NCBI GenBank assembly: GCA_030668825.1
Contig: DAOVET010000007.1
Span: forward strand, 1 to 56,328
Direction: 5' to 3'
DNA length: 56,328 bases
Source of the DNA: Candidatus Heimdallarchaeota archaeon
Lineage (GTDB): Archaea; Asgardarchaeota; Heimdallarchaeia; Heimdallarchaeales; Heimdallarchaeaceae
Shown: positions 21,001 through 30,111 of the stretch, in pieces
Layout: the number at the start of each line of letters is the position of its first letter
How positions within the stretch are numbered: the first letter of the stretch is position 1
Program-made: the position numbers and the translations under genes
The notes under the pieces: generated by a model
What the model saw: only the letters and a program-made list of their open reading frames with translations
The model's database searches: none
Told to the model about the DNA's origin: nothing

Positions 21001-22169
21001 AGATTCCCGCATTTTATGAAACAAAATTTGTTAACCGAAAAGGTGATGTAAGAAACGCAATAGTTAACCTAACGTCCATTCCACTTTCAGAGGATTACAT
21101 AGTATCTTTGTTTGATGTTACTGATATGAAACTAGCTGAAGAAGAACTAAAGAAGTCGGAAATACTGTACAGAAATGTATTTGAGAGCACTGGTATGGCT
21201 AATGTCATTTATGACTTGGAAGCAAGTATCATTCTAGTTAATTCAAGAATGGAAGAACTATCGGGTTATTCAAGAGAAGAAATAGAAGGACGAAAATGGA
21301 CTGAATTTATTCCACAGCCTGAACTTAATCTAATGTTAGAGTATAACAGAAAGAGAATGCTACAACCTGAAAGTGTTCCAAATCAATATGAAACACGTTT
21401 CATAACAAAAGAAGGAACCACAAGAAATATAATAATCTCCGTTAACCCTCTGCCTGATTCAACGAATATTCTAGCCTCAGTTGTGGATATTTCTGAAAGA
21501 AAAAAAATTGTAGATACTCTCACTAGACAAAAGAAAGAGCTTAGTGATTTTGTACACTTGATGGGTCACGATATAAGGAACTGCCTTTCATCAATTGAGG
21601 GGTATTCAGATTTACTCCTTGAAAATGAGCAAGAAAAAGAATTGGTTCTGGAAAAGATAAACAATCAAACAGAGTACCTCCGAAAACTCTTAAACAGGTC
21701 TATTGAACTTGCAGATGCAGGACAAACTATAGAGAAATCCGAAAAAGTAAATCTAAATAAGCTTGTGGAAACTATAGGAGCAATAACAATTCCACAAAAC
21801 ATTAAGCTCAATCATGATCCTCTGGTAGCTGTCAGAGCAGATAAAGAGAAACTATCACAGATTTTCAAAAATCTTTTCGAGAATGCGGTTTTACATGGAA
21901 AACCTAGTCAAATATATGTGACGAGTAAATTGTTAGATAAGGGAATAGCTTTAAGAGTAGAAAATGATGGACTTCAAATAGAAGCTAAAACTGTGGAAGA
22001 AGCTTTTGAATCAACATTCACAACAAAAGAAAAAGAGTCGATTCATGGTTTAACAATTGTCAAGAAGCTAGTAGACGCTCACGGATGGAAAATAAGATTA
22101 GCTGATAAGCAAGAAAAAGCATGTTTTGAAATACTAATTCCAAAAGAGGATGTCACAGAAATTTTCTGA
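18033..22169 (+). CDS. Hybrid sensor kinase REC-(PAS)x8-HisKA-HATPase
   Basis: REC (HIDDE, CDYLM, FTGRG), eight PAS/PAC units ending DIT.RK-like, H-box GHDIRN, N-box NLFENAVLHG. Confidence 0.9.
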   Translation: MVKSNKDEKEEFSPNVIRVLHIDDEEDFLFLTKEFVEKMSEGEIQVESLRNPMEVFERIKDNNIDIIVCDYLMEDLNGLDLLKQIKQREFQIPFIIFTGRGREEVVIDALNLGADYYIRKGLDAKSQYTELVHQIRTVLRHKKAEQALTESERTIRRERDLTQHYLNEANVMFVIVNENEIVELMNKEVTYILGYTEKDLIGKNWFTTAYSSEYVDELRFSFQQVIVGMQKPTPYFEIEMETKNGDKRIIAWRNTTIKDENDKVIKILGVGDDITQRKEIEAALQQSEEKYRKLVDTSPDSIILADLEEGNITLANQQAATMHGVENPEELIGSSLMEFIAPEDHERLMNIMKKQHFTSLEGTFEYTLLKKNGERFPAEIAPAVITDKANKPIALMAIGRDLTERKKAEEDLRESEKKYRGFVQNFDGIAFRGSIDFRPFFFHGAVEQITGYTEEDFVSGELTWDQLILPEDMKLLLAINEELENTPGFSNVMEYRILNKNGEIRWIRQHIQNIGSKEGEQFIVQGSLYDITERKLIEENLRESENKFKSLFDGIPDAVFVVDPETLSIIDCNKQAEMLLGLPKEKVITMKAIELHCEDKREFISKQFTRHSQGFEEIVESEVLASNNKRIPVSINANLITIKGKEYIQGIFRDITQRKEVEEKQKESEKLYKITFESTGTANFIAKSDKTINLVNSRFEELTSLKKTEIENKMKWSDFLTEEEVIRFEKLQELHFQDPTLAPDHFETSIILKDGTIINVYLTIKAIPESTDFIVTLIDISQIKLAEEQLKESEALYRTLFEATGTAKAIVRADSIVEKINDRLEEISGYSKEEVEGKRAWHSFVDESELERLLEYNKKRMIDPTSVPTSYETKLKDKKGNIVPSLVYVGVIPNTEKFVLSLTDISGTKEAENELLKSAELYKTIFEATGAANMIVGPNRIIKQVNSKLEEVSGYMRDDLIGRNWVEFAPESEMDNLLEFSRARKTDSSKIPAFYETKFVNRKGDVRNAIVNLTSIPLSEDYIVSLFDVTDMKLAEEELKKSEILYRNVFESTGMANVIYDLEASIILVNSRMEELSGYSREEIEGRKWTEFIPQPELNLMLEYNRKRMLQPESVPNQYETRFITKEGTTRNIIISVNPLPDSTNILASVVDISERKKIVDTLTRQKKELSDFVHLMGHDIRNCLSSIEGYSDLLLENEQEKELVLEKINNQTEYLRKLLNRSIELADAGQTIEKSEKVNLNKLVETIGAITIPQNIKLNHDPLVAVRADKEKLSQIFKNLFENAVLHGKPSQIYVTSKLLDKGIALRVENDGLQIEAKTVEEAFESTFTTKEKESIHGLTIVKKLVDAHGWKIRLADKQEKACFEILIPKEDVTEIF

Positions 22170-22258
22170 TTTTCTTCAATCTCAGTTTCCTTTTAAAGCT
22201 TCGCATGAAAAATTCTATAGCTAGGTATCTTTTTATGCTAATATACTGACTTCAAATC

Positions 22259-23173
22259 ATGTCCATACGAATTGTTACTGATAGTGCTTCAGACCTTCCA
22301 TGGGATTTTGCTAAAGAAAATAAGATTAAAGTTGTTTCCCTTTATGTAATGGTTCATGATGAGGTGTTAGTAGAAGATGAGAATTTTGACAGAGATAGCT
22401 ACTATAAACTCTTTGAAGATGAAAAAGCTTTTCTTCACATTCCAAAATTAAATTTGTATTCTTTTGTTCCAAAAACATCCCAACCAAACCCTCAGGATTT
22501 TGAAAAAGCTTATTTAGAACAGATCGCAGAAGGAGCAAAGGAAATAATTGTTATAAATGTTACAGCTGGATTATCTGGAACAACAAACAGTTCAAATTTA
22601 GCCGCAAAAAAAGTTATGAGAAAACATTCCGATGTTAAAATCCACATTATAGATGCCAAATCAGCTTCTTATCCCGAGGTTATTCTTATAAGAATGGCAT
22701 TGAATCTTATTAAAAAGAAAAAATATTCAGGAGATCAAATCGCAAAAATTCTTAGAGAACAAGCAATTAAGATTCGTACAATAATTCTACTACCAACCTT
22801 AAGATATCTATGGAAAGGAGGAAGGCTTGGAACCTCAAAATTCCTTTTAGGTTCCTTACTTAGAAAGAAACCCATTGTAACAATGGATGAAGAAGGAAAG
22901 GTTCATCCAGCAGGAGAAGCAACTGATGTCGAGGAAGGATTGCAAGAATCTTTACGCCTTAGTCTTGAGAATGCGCCAAAGGAACCTAAAGCATTTTCTA
23001 TAGTTTATGGTAGTAGAAAAGATTATGCTGAGAATCTAGCAGAAAAGATAAGAGAAAAGTATCCCAAGATTAAGATTGAAATTGCTCAAAGTGGAGGATC
23101 AGTTCTATCGCATTTAGGACCTGAGTCTATTGGATTAATTACAGATTATACAGATGATGAATACTGGCAATAA
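22259..23173 (+). CDS. DegV/FakB family fatty-acid-binding protein
   Basis: IVTDSASDL, PKTSQP, LSGT, YLWKGGR, KPI, HLGPESIG. Confidence 0.9.
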   Translation: MSIRIVTDSASDLPWDFAKENKIKVVSLYVMVHDEVLVEDENFDRDSYYKLFEDEKAFLHIPKLNLYSFVPKTSQPNPQDFEKAYLEQIAEGAKEIIVINVTAGLSGTTNSSNLAAKKVMRKHSDVKIHIIDAKSASYPEVILIRMALNLIKKKKYSGDQIAKILREQAIKIRTIILLPTLRYLWKGGRLGTSKFLLGSLLRKKPIVTMDEEGKVHPAGEATDVEEGLQESLRLSLENAPKEPKAFSIVYGSRKDYAENLAEKIREKYPKIKIEIAQSGGSVLSHLGPESIGLITDYTDDEYWQ

Positions 23174-23274
23174 AAAAAGTACTTTCCATACGAAGTAAAC
23201 GTTATATCTTCTTGGAAAGGGTTCATTCCGAAAAGGAATCATCTAATAAGGTAGGATAAGGTTAAACAGTCTCT

Positions 23275-23793
23275 CTACCTTCTAACAAGGTCTAAATTCT
23301 CTTCTGCTTTCTTTTTCTTTGCATATTTCAAATAGTATCTTATTCCTAAAATTAGAAAACCAACTATGAACATGATTCCTAGAATTAGATAAACAGTTCT
23401 TGAAGACATAATGTTGTACAATATCCCGTTTATCTGCGAAAATGGATAAAAGAACATTATCTCAGGATAAAGGATTGCATCAAAGAAAACATGAGAAAAC
23501 AAACCTATAATACCTGATATGAGAGACAAATAAATATTATATTTTGGGAGATATTTATCTAGTTTCAAAAATCTGTAACATAACCAACTTATGATTGATG
23601 CAGGAATAAAGAAAACAATTACACCAAGAGTACTATGTATAATTCCATGCATAGCCCCTATACCAGTAATAAAATAAAAAATTGGTTCAAGATCAATAAT
23701 TATAGTTCCTATCAACAGTGCTATTGGATCCAAAAATGGTAGTATACTAAAAAGGAAGATACCAAAACCTAAATGCATTGGAGTAAAGGGCAT
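23275..23793 (-). CDS. Membrane-bound metal-dependent hydrolase-like protein
   Basis: MPFTPMH, IIDLEP, HGIIHS, SHVFFDA with hydrophobic segments. Confidence 0.75.
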   Translation of the reverse strand: MPFTPMHLGFGIFLFSILPFLDPIALLIGTIIIDLEPIFYFITGIGAMHGIIHSTLGVIVFFIPASIISWLCYRFLKLDKYLPKYNIYLSLISGIIGLFSHVFFDAILYPEIMFFYPFSQINGILYNIMSSRTVYLILGIMFIVGFLILGIRYYLKYAKKKKAEENLDLVRR

Positions 23794-24036
23794 CCTGATT
23801 ATATAGCTGGAATTATCCTATATATCTTTTATCAAATAAATCGTGATACTAGTGGAAAATAAGATATTCAAAACTTACATTCTTGCATTTGTTTTTCTTT
23901 TCAGATTTGAAAGAACAATCATGGCTACTACTATCACAGCTACAGCTGCAATTCTAGCTGGAACTTTTTGGTAGGATATTCTATGGATTACTTTTACTGG
24001 TTTTTCTATTAATAGAAAATTTTAAACTGAAGCTCT

Positions 24037-24522
24037 TCAATTCTTAACTGTATTATTATGGTTTTTAAAACAAACTTGTAAAGATACTACTTTTTGTAAG
24101 TGTATTTCGTAGCCTTCTTTAGCTTTTTGCATTTGTTCATCAACCCATTTCTCAAATCCAATTTCCTTGAATCTTTCATATCTATCCATCGTGTCAGGAT
24201 CAGAATATTCCTTGAATTTGGAACATGGAAATTCTACACACTCAAAACAGATGCGCAATCCTTTTTCAAAACAGCATTTCTTTACTTCACACCAAGGTGG
24301 TCCTCCACCTTGTTGACACCCAGGACATTTTGCATTATTGATAAACCATTTTAGTCCCTTTACAAATTCCTTGAAATCAAATACTCCTTTAGAACGGAAT
24401 TCAAATCCGTAGAGATCTGCTAGATCCTTCATTAGTTTGGCTATTTTAATAATTAGTCCGTTATACTGTCCACAACCACTACAATAATCACCACATGGTG
24501 CAACTAAGTCATGTTTTTTCAT
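24037..24522 (-). CDS. Cys-rich DUF3795-like protein
   Basis: APCGDYCSGC, CPGC, C...CC, CFECVEFPC. Confidence 0.8.
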   Translation of the reverse strand: MKKHDLVAPCGDYCSGCGQYNGLIIKIAKLMKDLADLYGFEFRSKGVFDFKEFVKGLKWFINNAKCPGCQQGGGPPWCEVKKCCFEKGLRICFECVEFPCSKFKEYSDPDTMDRYERFKEIGFEKWVDEQMQKAKEGYEIHLQKVVSLQVCFKNHNNTVKN

Positions 24523-24650
24523 TATATCATTCCATACTTTAATCTCTTATATTAACAAACATATTTTACCTGACTTTTCAAGGATAAGAAAAGTTCTGAC
24601 TTAGTAGAATTTGGGAAACTGTTTTATTTATTCTTTGGGGTACTAAAACT

Positions 24651-24758
24651 ATTTTTTTTCTAAAAAGATTTATGTTAGAGCTTGAACAAGAGCATATTAA
24701 TGGTGAATATTCATCCTCCATTAAGCTAATTGACAACATTCTAACTAAAGAAAAAAAA
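24651..24758 (+). pseudogene. N-terminal remnant of a TPR-protein paralog
   Basis: MLELEQEHINGEYSSSIKLIDNILTKEK aligns ungapped with LERIQQDHIKGDFLNSIAELDELLKKEE of the 26213..28186 protein (10/28 identical, many conservative). Confidence 0.55.
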
Positions 24759-24776
24759 TTCTTAGTTCTAGTTGTA

Positions 24777-26081
24777 TTACATGTTTTGTTTTTTTCTCCA
24801 GAGAATTAGTACTATAATGAATAAATTAAGTATTCCAGTAAAAATGAAGTAATTGTAGCTTGTTTTTTCTGTAGAAATTTCTAGAAGTGTAGTAAAATCA
24901 TAAACCAAATCATCTAAACTTACACATGTTCTATTCAGTACCGTTATTACAGAAGATTCATTGTTGAACATTGCATCTTCACAGTAATAGAGTGTAGATG
25001 CTGAAACATATTTCTTTTCATGATGTTCATGGCCATAAAGCATAATTTCTATATTGTAACTTGCTCTTAAACTTGAAGCATGATTCTTGTAGTTTGAATG
25101 ATAAAATAGTACATTCGGTTTTTCCTCTTCGGTTGATAAAATATCCACTACTCTATCAAGATCAGATGCATTTAAACCTTCATTAGTACAAGTGTATCCA
25201 ATGAATGACCAGTCTAGAAAATTAAAATTCATATAATTCTCACCAAAGTAATTCCCCCAAACAACTTTTGGATTATCTGGAAGAAGAGTTGATTCATCCA
25301 AATCGTGATTTCCTCCAATAATATAAATAGGTAAATCAAGTAAATCAAACACCCATAAACCCAATTTTACCTGCACTTCAGCAGCTAAGGGTTTTCCAGT
25401 TATAGGATTAACATATTCTAAAGCTGGGGCTCCTTCTATTAAATCTCCAGTGAAAATTGCAAAATCTACATCAAGACTCTTTATTTGGTCTATATAGTCT
25501 AAAACTATATCAGTTGTATTCATTCCAGCATATGAAGGAATATGTGAATCAGAAATATGAAGAATTTTAAATGGATATGATTTCTGTACAACTATTTTAA
25601 CTGAATTTGTTTGATAATCATCTCCATCACTACAATTCAATTGTAAATCATATAATCCAGCAATATTCTCTGAAGGATTAACCTCAAAATACCAAAGAGC
25701 ATCAATCTCATTATATGTCGATTCTAAGATATCAAGAGTAATATTTGCTCCAGACGAAACTAATGAAAACTGCCAACCAGCTGTATCTGAATCAGCTTGA
25801 GCTGTGATTGATATGTTTTGACTATAATCGATAATTGCAGGAAAACCTTTGTGGGGAGATTGAATTATTGAAAGAGGTCTAGCTACAAGATGATATCGAG
25901 GAAAACTGGTTTCGTTGAAATACTCTGTTGGAGATGTGGCATTAATACTTGTTAAAACAGGATAATTGGTAGAGTTGTCTTGAAATGTAAAACCATCTAT
26001 AGTTTTGGATTGAGATACAAATAAGCTTGAAAATAAAATAATAATTGTCAATAAAAACCAAAGTCTAGATTTTGCTTGCAT
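24777..26081 (-). CDS. Secreted, C-terminally anchored metallophosphoesterase
   Basis: Signal peptide; SDSH, TGD, GGNHD, YH, GHEH motifs; C-terminal TM plus basic tail. Confidence 0.88.
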   Translation of the reverse strand: MQAKSRLWFLLTIIILFSSLFVSQSKTIDGFTFQDNSTNYPVLTSINATSPTEYFNETSFPRYHLVARPLSIIQSPHKGFPAIIDYSQNISITAQADSDTAGWQFSLVSSGANITLDILESTYNEIDALWYFEVNPSENIAGLYDLQLNCSDGDDYQTNSVKIVVQKSYPFKILHISDSHIPSYAGMNTTDIVLDYIDQIKSLDVDFAIFTGDLIEGAPALEYVNPITGKPLAAEVQVKLGLWVFDLLDLPIYIIGGNHDLDESTLLPDNPKVVWGNYFGENYMNFNFLDWSFIGYTCTNEGLNASDLDRVVDILSTEEEKPNVLFYHSNYKNHASSLRASYNIEIMLYGHEHHEKKYVSASTLYYCEDAMFNNESSVITVLNRTCVSLDDLVYDFTTLLEISTEKTSYNYFIFTGILNLFIIVLILWRKKQNM

Positions 26082-26212
26082 TATTATTTCATTATTCTAG
26101 ATAGAAATAAATCTTACTGTGATTTTACGAATTTATTGATGGATTCTACAAAACCACTTATAATAGTTACCAGTTATTATAAAAAAAAGCATATTAGAAT
26201 AACACTCACTTA

Positions 26213-28186
26213 CTAGATTTGTATTGAGAAAAGTTTTCTAGAAACTTCTTCCTCTCTTGAAATTGTTTTAGTTAAACTAGTTCTTTTAATATTCTCAACT
26301 GTGTCTTCGAGCTTAACAACTGACATTCTATGAGAAATCGATGATGATGTTTTTTCTAACTTCTTAAGTTCTATAGATTGCTTGATTAGGTCTTCCTGTT
26401 GTTTTAGTAGGGTTAAGACTAATCTGTCTAATCCATTCTTTTGTGCGATATTTTGTGCATCGAGTAGAAGTGTTCTAGCTTCTTCTACATCAAATTCAAG
26501 AAGTGATAATTGTGCTTTTAATCTCAAAGTTTCAACAAGTAAAACATGAGATTTGTTTTTTTCAGATAATTCTTGAAGTCTATTAACATGTTTGTATATT
26601 TTCTTTAATACTTCAGGTTCATTAGTTTCTTTCATCTCAAGTAGAAGAATATCACAGAGATGTAGCAAAACTTGAATCAATATAGGATAAAGAATATCTT
26701 CTTCAACTAATTGCTCAAATAGCAATTCTGCTTTAACTTTATCCCGTAAATTTGAACTTGTTTTAAGAATTAAAGCTTCTGAATATTTATGATTCTGACT
26801 GACATGTTTGTTCTTTATTTCTTCATTAATCAAATCTAAAGATTCGAAGTATTTTCTAGCTTCTTTTATGTTGTTTAGTTCTACATTAAACTGAATTAAA
26901 TATGACAAACTAGCTGACACAAGAGCTTTGTTACTTATTTTCTGTCTTATCTCTAAGCTTTCTTGAATGAAGGATAATGCCTGTTCTTTCATTCCTTTTT
27001 GCCAGTAAATCATTCCTTGCTCTGAGAGTACATATGAAATACCAAGCAGATTCTGCATACCCTTATGTATTGTCATCAATTGATATAAGAATTCCAGTGC
27101 TCTATCTAATTCTCCTTTTTGTATATAAACAGCAGCAAAACCAGAAAAAATTTCATACCATTGTTGAGGTTGGTTTTCTTTTAAAACAGGATAAGCCTTG
27201 TCATAAAATTCTATTGCTTTATCAAAATCTCCCTTTAGGAAGTAGACATAACCACATTTTTCCTGAGTAATTGCAATAGCGTTCTCTCTATTTATATTTT
27301 GGTAAATTTCAAGACTACGAGTATAATAGTTTAATGCCTCATCATATTCTCCAATTACTAAATAATAGAGACCTATGTTGTTGTAAGTATTAGCTATCAT
27401 ACCCTCAATTTCTAATTCTTCTGCAATAACCAATCTCTCTTTACTCAATTCATAAAACTTCTTATAATCATTTTTCTGGTAGTAAGACTGAGCTAGAAAA
27501 TCTAAACTATAAGCAATAGCTAATTTATTCTTAGCTCCTTTACATATATCGACCATTTTTTGACTTATTTCTAAAGCTGAATCTAGTTCTCCTCGATTTG
27601 TCAGAATAAATCCTATATTCGCAAGAATAGATAGTTGATAAATCGACAGATTATTTTTCTCACAAAATTTCTCTCCTTCAATTAATATCTGAAAACCTTT
27701 CTCTAGTTCTTCTTCTGTAGCGCTCTCTCCAGAATAAGTTCTTAGTAATGGGATTATTCCTTTAATAGTAATAATCTGAGCCTTACGTTTTAAATAATCT
27801 AAATCCTTGCTAGGTTCAAGTTCATCAAACATTTGTATGATTTCAGCATATAATTTTTGTAATTCTTGCCATTTGTTTAAGTTAAAATAATTTAATTCTA
27901 AGTTTAGAAGAGAATCAAATTTCAGATTCTTATCTTTAATATCTCTGCTTTCTCGTATTACTTCTTGAGCTAATTTCATCCCGTAGTCGAAAGAGCTATG
28001 TTCATAACCTAAAGTGGTAAGAGCATTAACTATTTGGCTTTTAAGTATTTTAGCTTTTATTCTTTCTTCTATCGTAATTTCTTCTTTTTTCAGCAACTCA
28101 TCTAGTTCAGCTATTGAATTCAGGAAATCACCCTTAATGTGGTCCTGCTGAATTCTTTCTAACTTATCTTGAATAGAGAAGGGCAT
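26213..28186 (-). CDS. Tetratricopeptide repeat protein
   Basis: TPR units such as ANTYNNIGLYYLVIGEYDEALNYYTRSLEI; ATG at 28186 (MPFS) preferred to the TTG at 28216. Confidence 0.88.
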   Translation of the reverse strand: MPFSIQDKLERIQQDHIKGDFLNSIAELDELLKKEEITIEERIKAKILKSQIVNALTTLGYEHSSFDYGMKLAQEVIRESRDIKDKNLKFDSLLNLELNYFNLNKWQELQKLYAEIIQMFDELEPSKDLDYLKRKAQIITIKGIIPLLRTYSGESATEEELEKGFQILIEGEKFCEKNNLSIYQLSILANIGFILTNRGELDSALEISQKMVDICKGAKNKLAIAYSLDFLAQSYYQKNDYKKFYELSKERLVIAEELEIEGMIANTYNNIGLYYLVIGEYDEALNYYTRSLEIYQNINRENAIAITQEKCGYVYFLKGDFDKAIEFYDKAYPVLKENQPQQWYEIFSGFAAVYIQKGELDRALEFLYQLMTIHKGMQNLLGISYVLSEQGMIYWQKGMKEQALSFIQESLEIRQKISNKALVSASLSYLIQFNVELNNIKEARKYFESLDLINEEIKNKHVSQNHKYSEALILKTSSNLRDKVKAELLFEQLVEEDILYPILIQVLLHLCDILLLEMKETNEPEVLKKIYKHVNRLQELSEKNKSHVLLVETLRLKAQLSLLEFDVEEARTLLLDAQNIAQKNGLDRLVLTLLKQQEDLIKQSIELKKLEKTSSSISHRMSVVKLEDTVENIKRTSLTKTISREEEVSRKLFSIQI

Positions 28187-28562
28187 ATAATTCACTGATA
28201 TTAGTACTTTAAACAAAACTAGGTTAAAACTTTTTCTTCAAATGAAATATTTTCTTTTTTTTTGGGTTGATTGTCAGCTGAGGGGAAGAAATAGATATTT
28301 GCTGGAGAAAAACATAGGAGCAAAATGATTTATCAAAAATTAGCTAGATAAGCTAGTTAGTACATTTTACGACAATAACAGTATCGGAAAAAAAGTTGAT
28401 GGAATAACATTCTCAAGAGAAGTGGAAAAAAACCATATAGACCTCGTTCTTGAAACTTTAACTACAAAAATAATACTACATACTTCAAGGTTAATTTTCT
28501 AGGTTGCAAGTAACATTATAAAAGGAACATCAACATTGTTTAATGGGGATTAAGAGGTTAAT

Positions 28563-29900
28563 ATGAGTGATGTACTAGTTGATAAAAGCGCAACTGCAAA
28601 GATTTCTCTTGGCATTACAGCTGATAAAAGGAAATATAAGCTAGATAATGCCGCAGAAGGCTTTAGTTTAATGTCTAGTAAAAAAATTTCATGCGTTTTT
28701 AGGATAGCTTGTACCTTAAAAGAAAAGGTAGATGTAAAGAAACTCCATAAAGCTCTAGCTAACATTCTTCCTCGTTTTCCCTATTTTAGAGTTAGTATAA
28801 AGAAAGGATTCATATGGGGAAAATGGATTACTAATTTATCAATTCCTGAAATTATGCCTGAAGGACAGTATACTAATCAATATATCCCAATAGGAAGAAA
28901 AAAACACCTCTATAGAATATTAGTCAACCAAAATAAAATTGCTATAGAGTGTCATCATAGTTTGACAGATGGTCATGGAGGTTTAATTTTTCTAAATTCA
29001 CTAATAGCTGAATATTTCAATATAAAGAAAACAGAAATCGATAATTGGGAAAATATCTTCAATTCCAAAAATGAACCTGATTTTCAAGAATTTGAAAATG
29101 CTTTTGATCATCATTATAAAAGAAAAGTGAAGAGAAAATCAACAAGATTTGGAAAAAGAAGCTTCAATATACCATTTAAAATGGAGCCTCCAGGAGTAAT
29201 TCATACCTCTAAAGTAACTGTTTCTTTAAAAGATGTCAAACAAAAAGCCAAAGAGTTTAATGTTTCAATAACTGGATTTCTATCTGCACTTTATATGGAT
29301 TCTTTGAAAACAATACAGGAAGATATCTGCAAAAATAAAACTAGAAGAATGAAACCTATCCGTCTGAATGTTCCTGTGAACTTAAGAAGAGTTTTGCCTT
29401 CAATAACAATGAGAAATTTCTCTTTATGTGTAACACCAAGTATTAATCCCAAAAAGGAACAACTTACTTTAAAAGAAATTGTTTTACAAGTAAATGATTG
29501 TTTAAAGAACAAGATTATACCAGAGACATTTTATCAAATGATTGCACGAAATACCAAAAGCTTGGGTTCTCCAATAATGCAAATTGCACCTTTTCAAGTG
29601 AAGAGATTCTTCGCAAGAAAAGGATATTATTTCTTTCGAACACCATATTATAGTGGCATTCTTACAAATCTGGGTAAGATTACTTTGCCAAAGAGTCTAA
29701 CTGACCAAATAGATAGTTATGAAATTGTAATAGGTCCAGGTCCTGTAAACAAGGCAAGAGTTGGAGTAGCAAGTTTTGAGGACAATCTTATTCTTACATT
29801 TAGCAGAGTGATAAAAGAACCTATTTTAGCTGAAGTTTTCTGTAAGAAGTTAAAAGAACAAAATGTAGCATTTAATTTTGAACCATACAAGATTCCCTAG
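28563..29900 (+). CDS. Alcohol acetyltransferase / condensation-domain (CoA-dependent acyltransferase) protein
   Basis: HHSLTDGHGG (HxxxDG), RFPYF, VPVNLR..T.RNF, LTNLG. Confidence 0.8.
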   Translation: MSDVLVDKSATAKISLGITADKRKYKLDNAAEGFSLMSSKKISCVFRIACTLKEKVDVKKLHKALANILPRFPYFRVSIKKGFIWGKWITNLSIPEIMPEGQYTNQYIPIGRKKHLYRILVNQNKIAIECHHSLTDGHGGLIFLNSLIAEYFNIKKTEIDNWENIFNSKNEPDFQEFENAFDHHYKRKVKRKSTRFGKRSFNIPFKMEPPGVIHTSKVTVSLKDVKQKAKEFNVSITGFLSALYMDSLKTIQEDICKNKTRRMKPIRLNVPVNLRRVLPSITMRNFSLCVTPSINPKKEQLTLKEIVLQVNDCLKNKIIPETFYQMIARNTKSLGSPIMQIAPFQVKRFFARKGYYFFRTPYYSGILTNLGKITLPKSLTDQIDSYEIVIGPGPVNKARVGVASFEDNLILTFSRVIKEPILAEVFCKKLKEQNVAFNFEPYKIP

Positions 29901-30111
29901 TTCTTCTATTTTAAAAATGTCTCAGTAATAGATCTTGAGTTGAGTTAAACAGCAAATTACTACTAACATAATTGAGTGAACTTCATTGAAATCCTCTGTT
30001 AACCTTTTCCTTACAATTTTAACGCTATCCTCTGCAATTAGGAAGTGAATGGGAATAAAACGACACACTAAAAACTGATAAATTTATAACAAGCATCAAT
30101 AATTATAATCC

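Noticed and set aside
23182-23239. Hairpin as a SECIS element
   Set aside because: Neither flanking gene has an in-frame TGA at a Cys-equivalent position.
23972-23974. In-frame TAG as possible pyrrolysine readthrough
   Set aside because: Readthrough adds only 16 residues, and there is no pyl or methyltransferase context.
28270-28502. Coding-like stretch (LDKLVSTFYDNNSIGKKVDGITFSREVEK...)
   Set aside because: Broken frames and no recognisable family, so not called as a feature.
29900-30070. Minus-strand fragment (IPIHFLIAEDSVKIVRKRLTEDF...)
   Set aside because: No recognisable motif and no convincing start.
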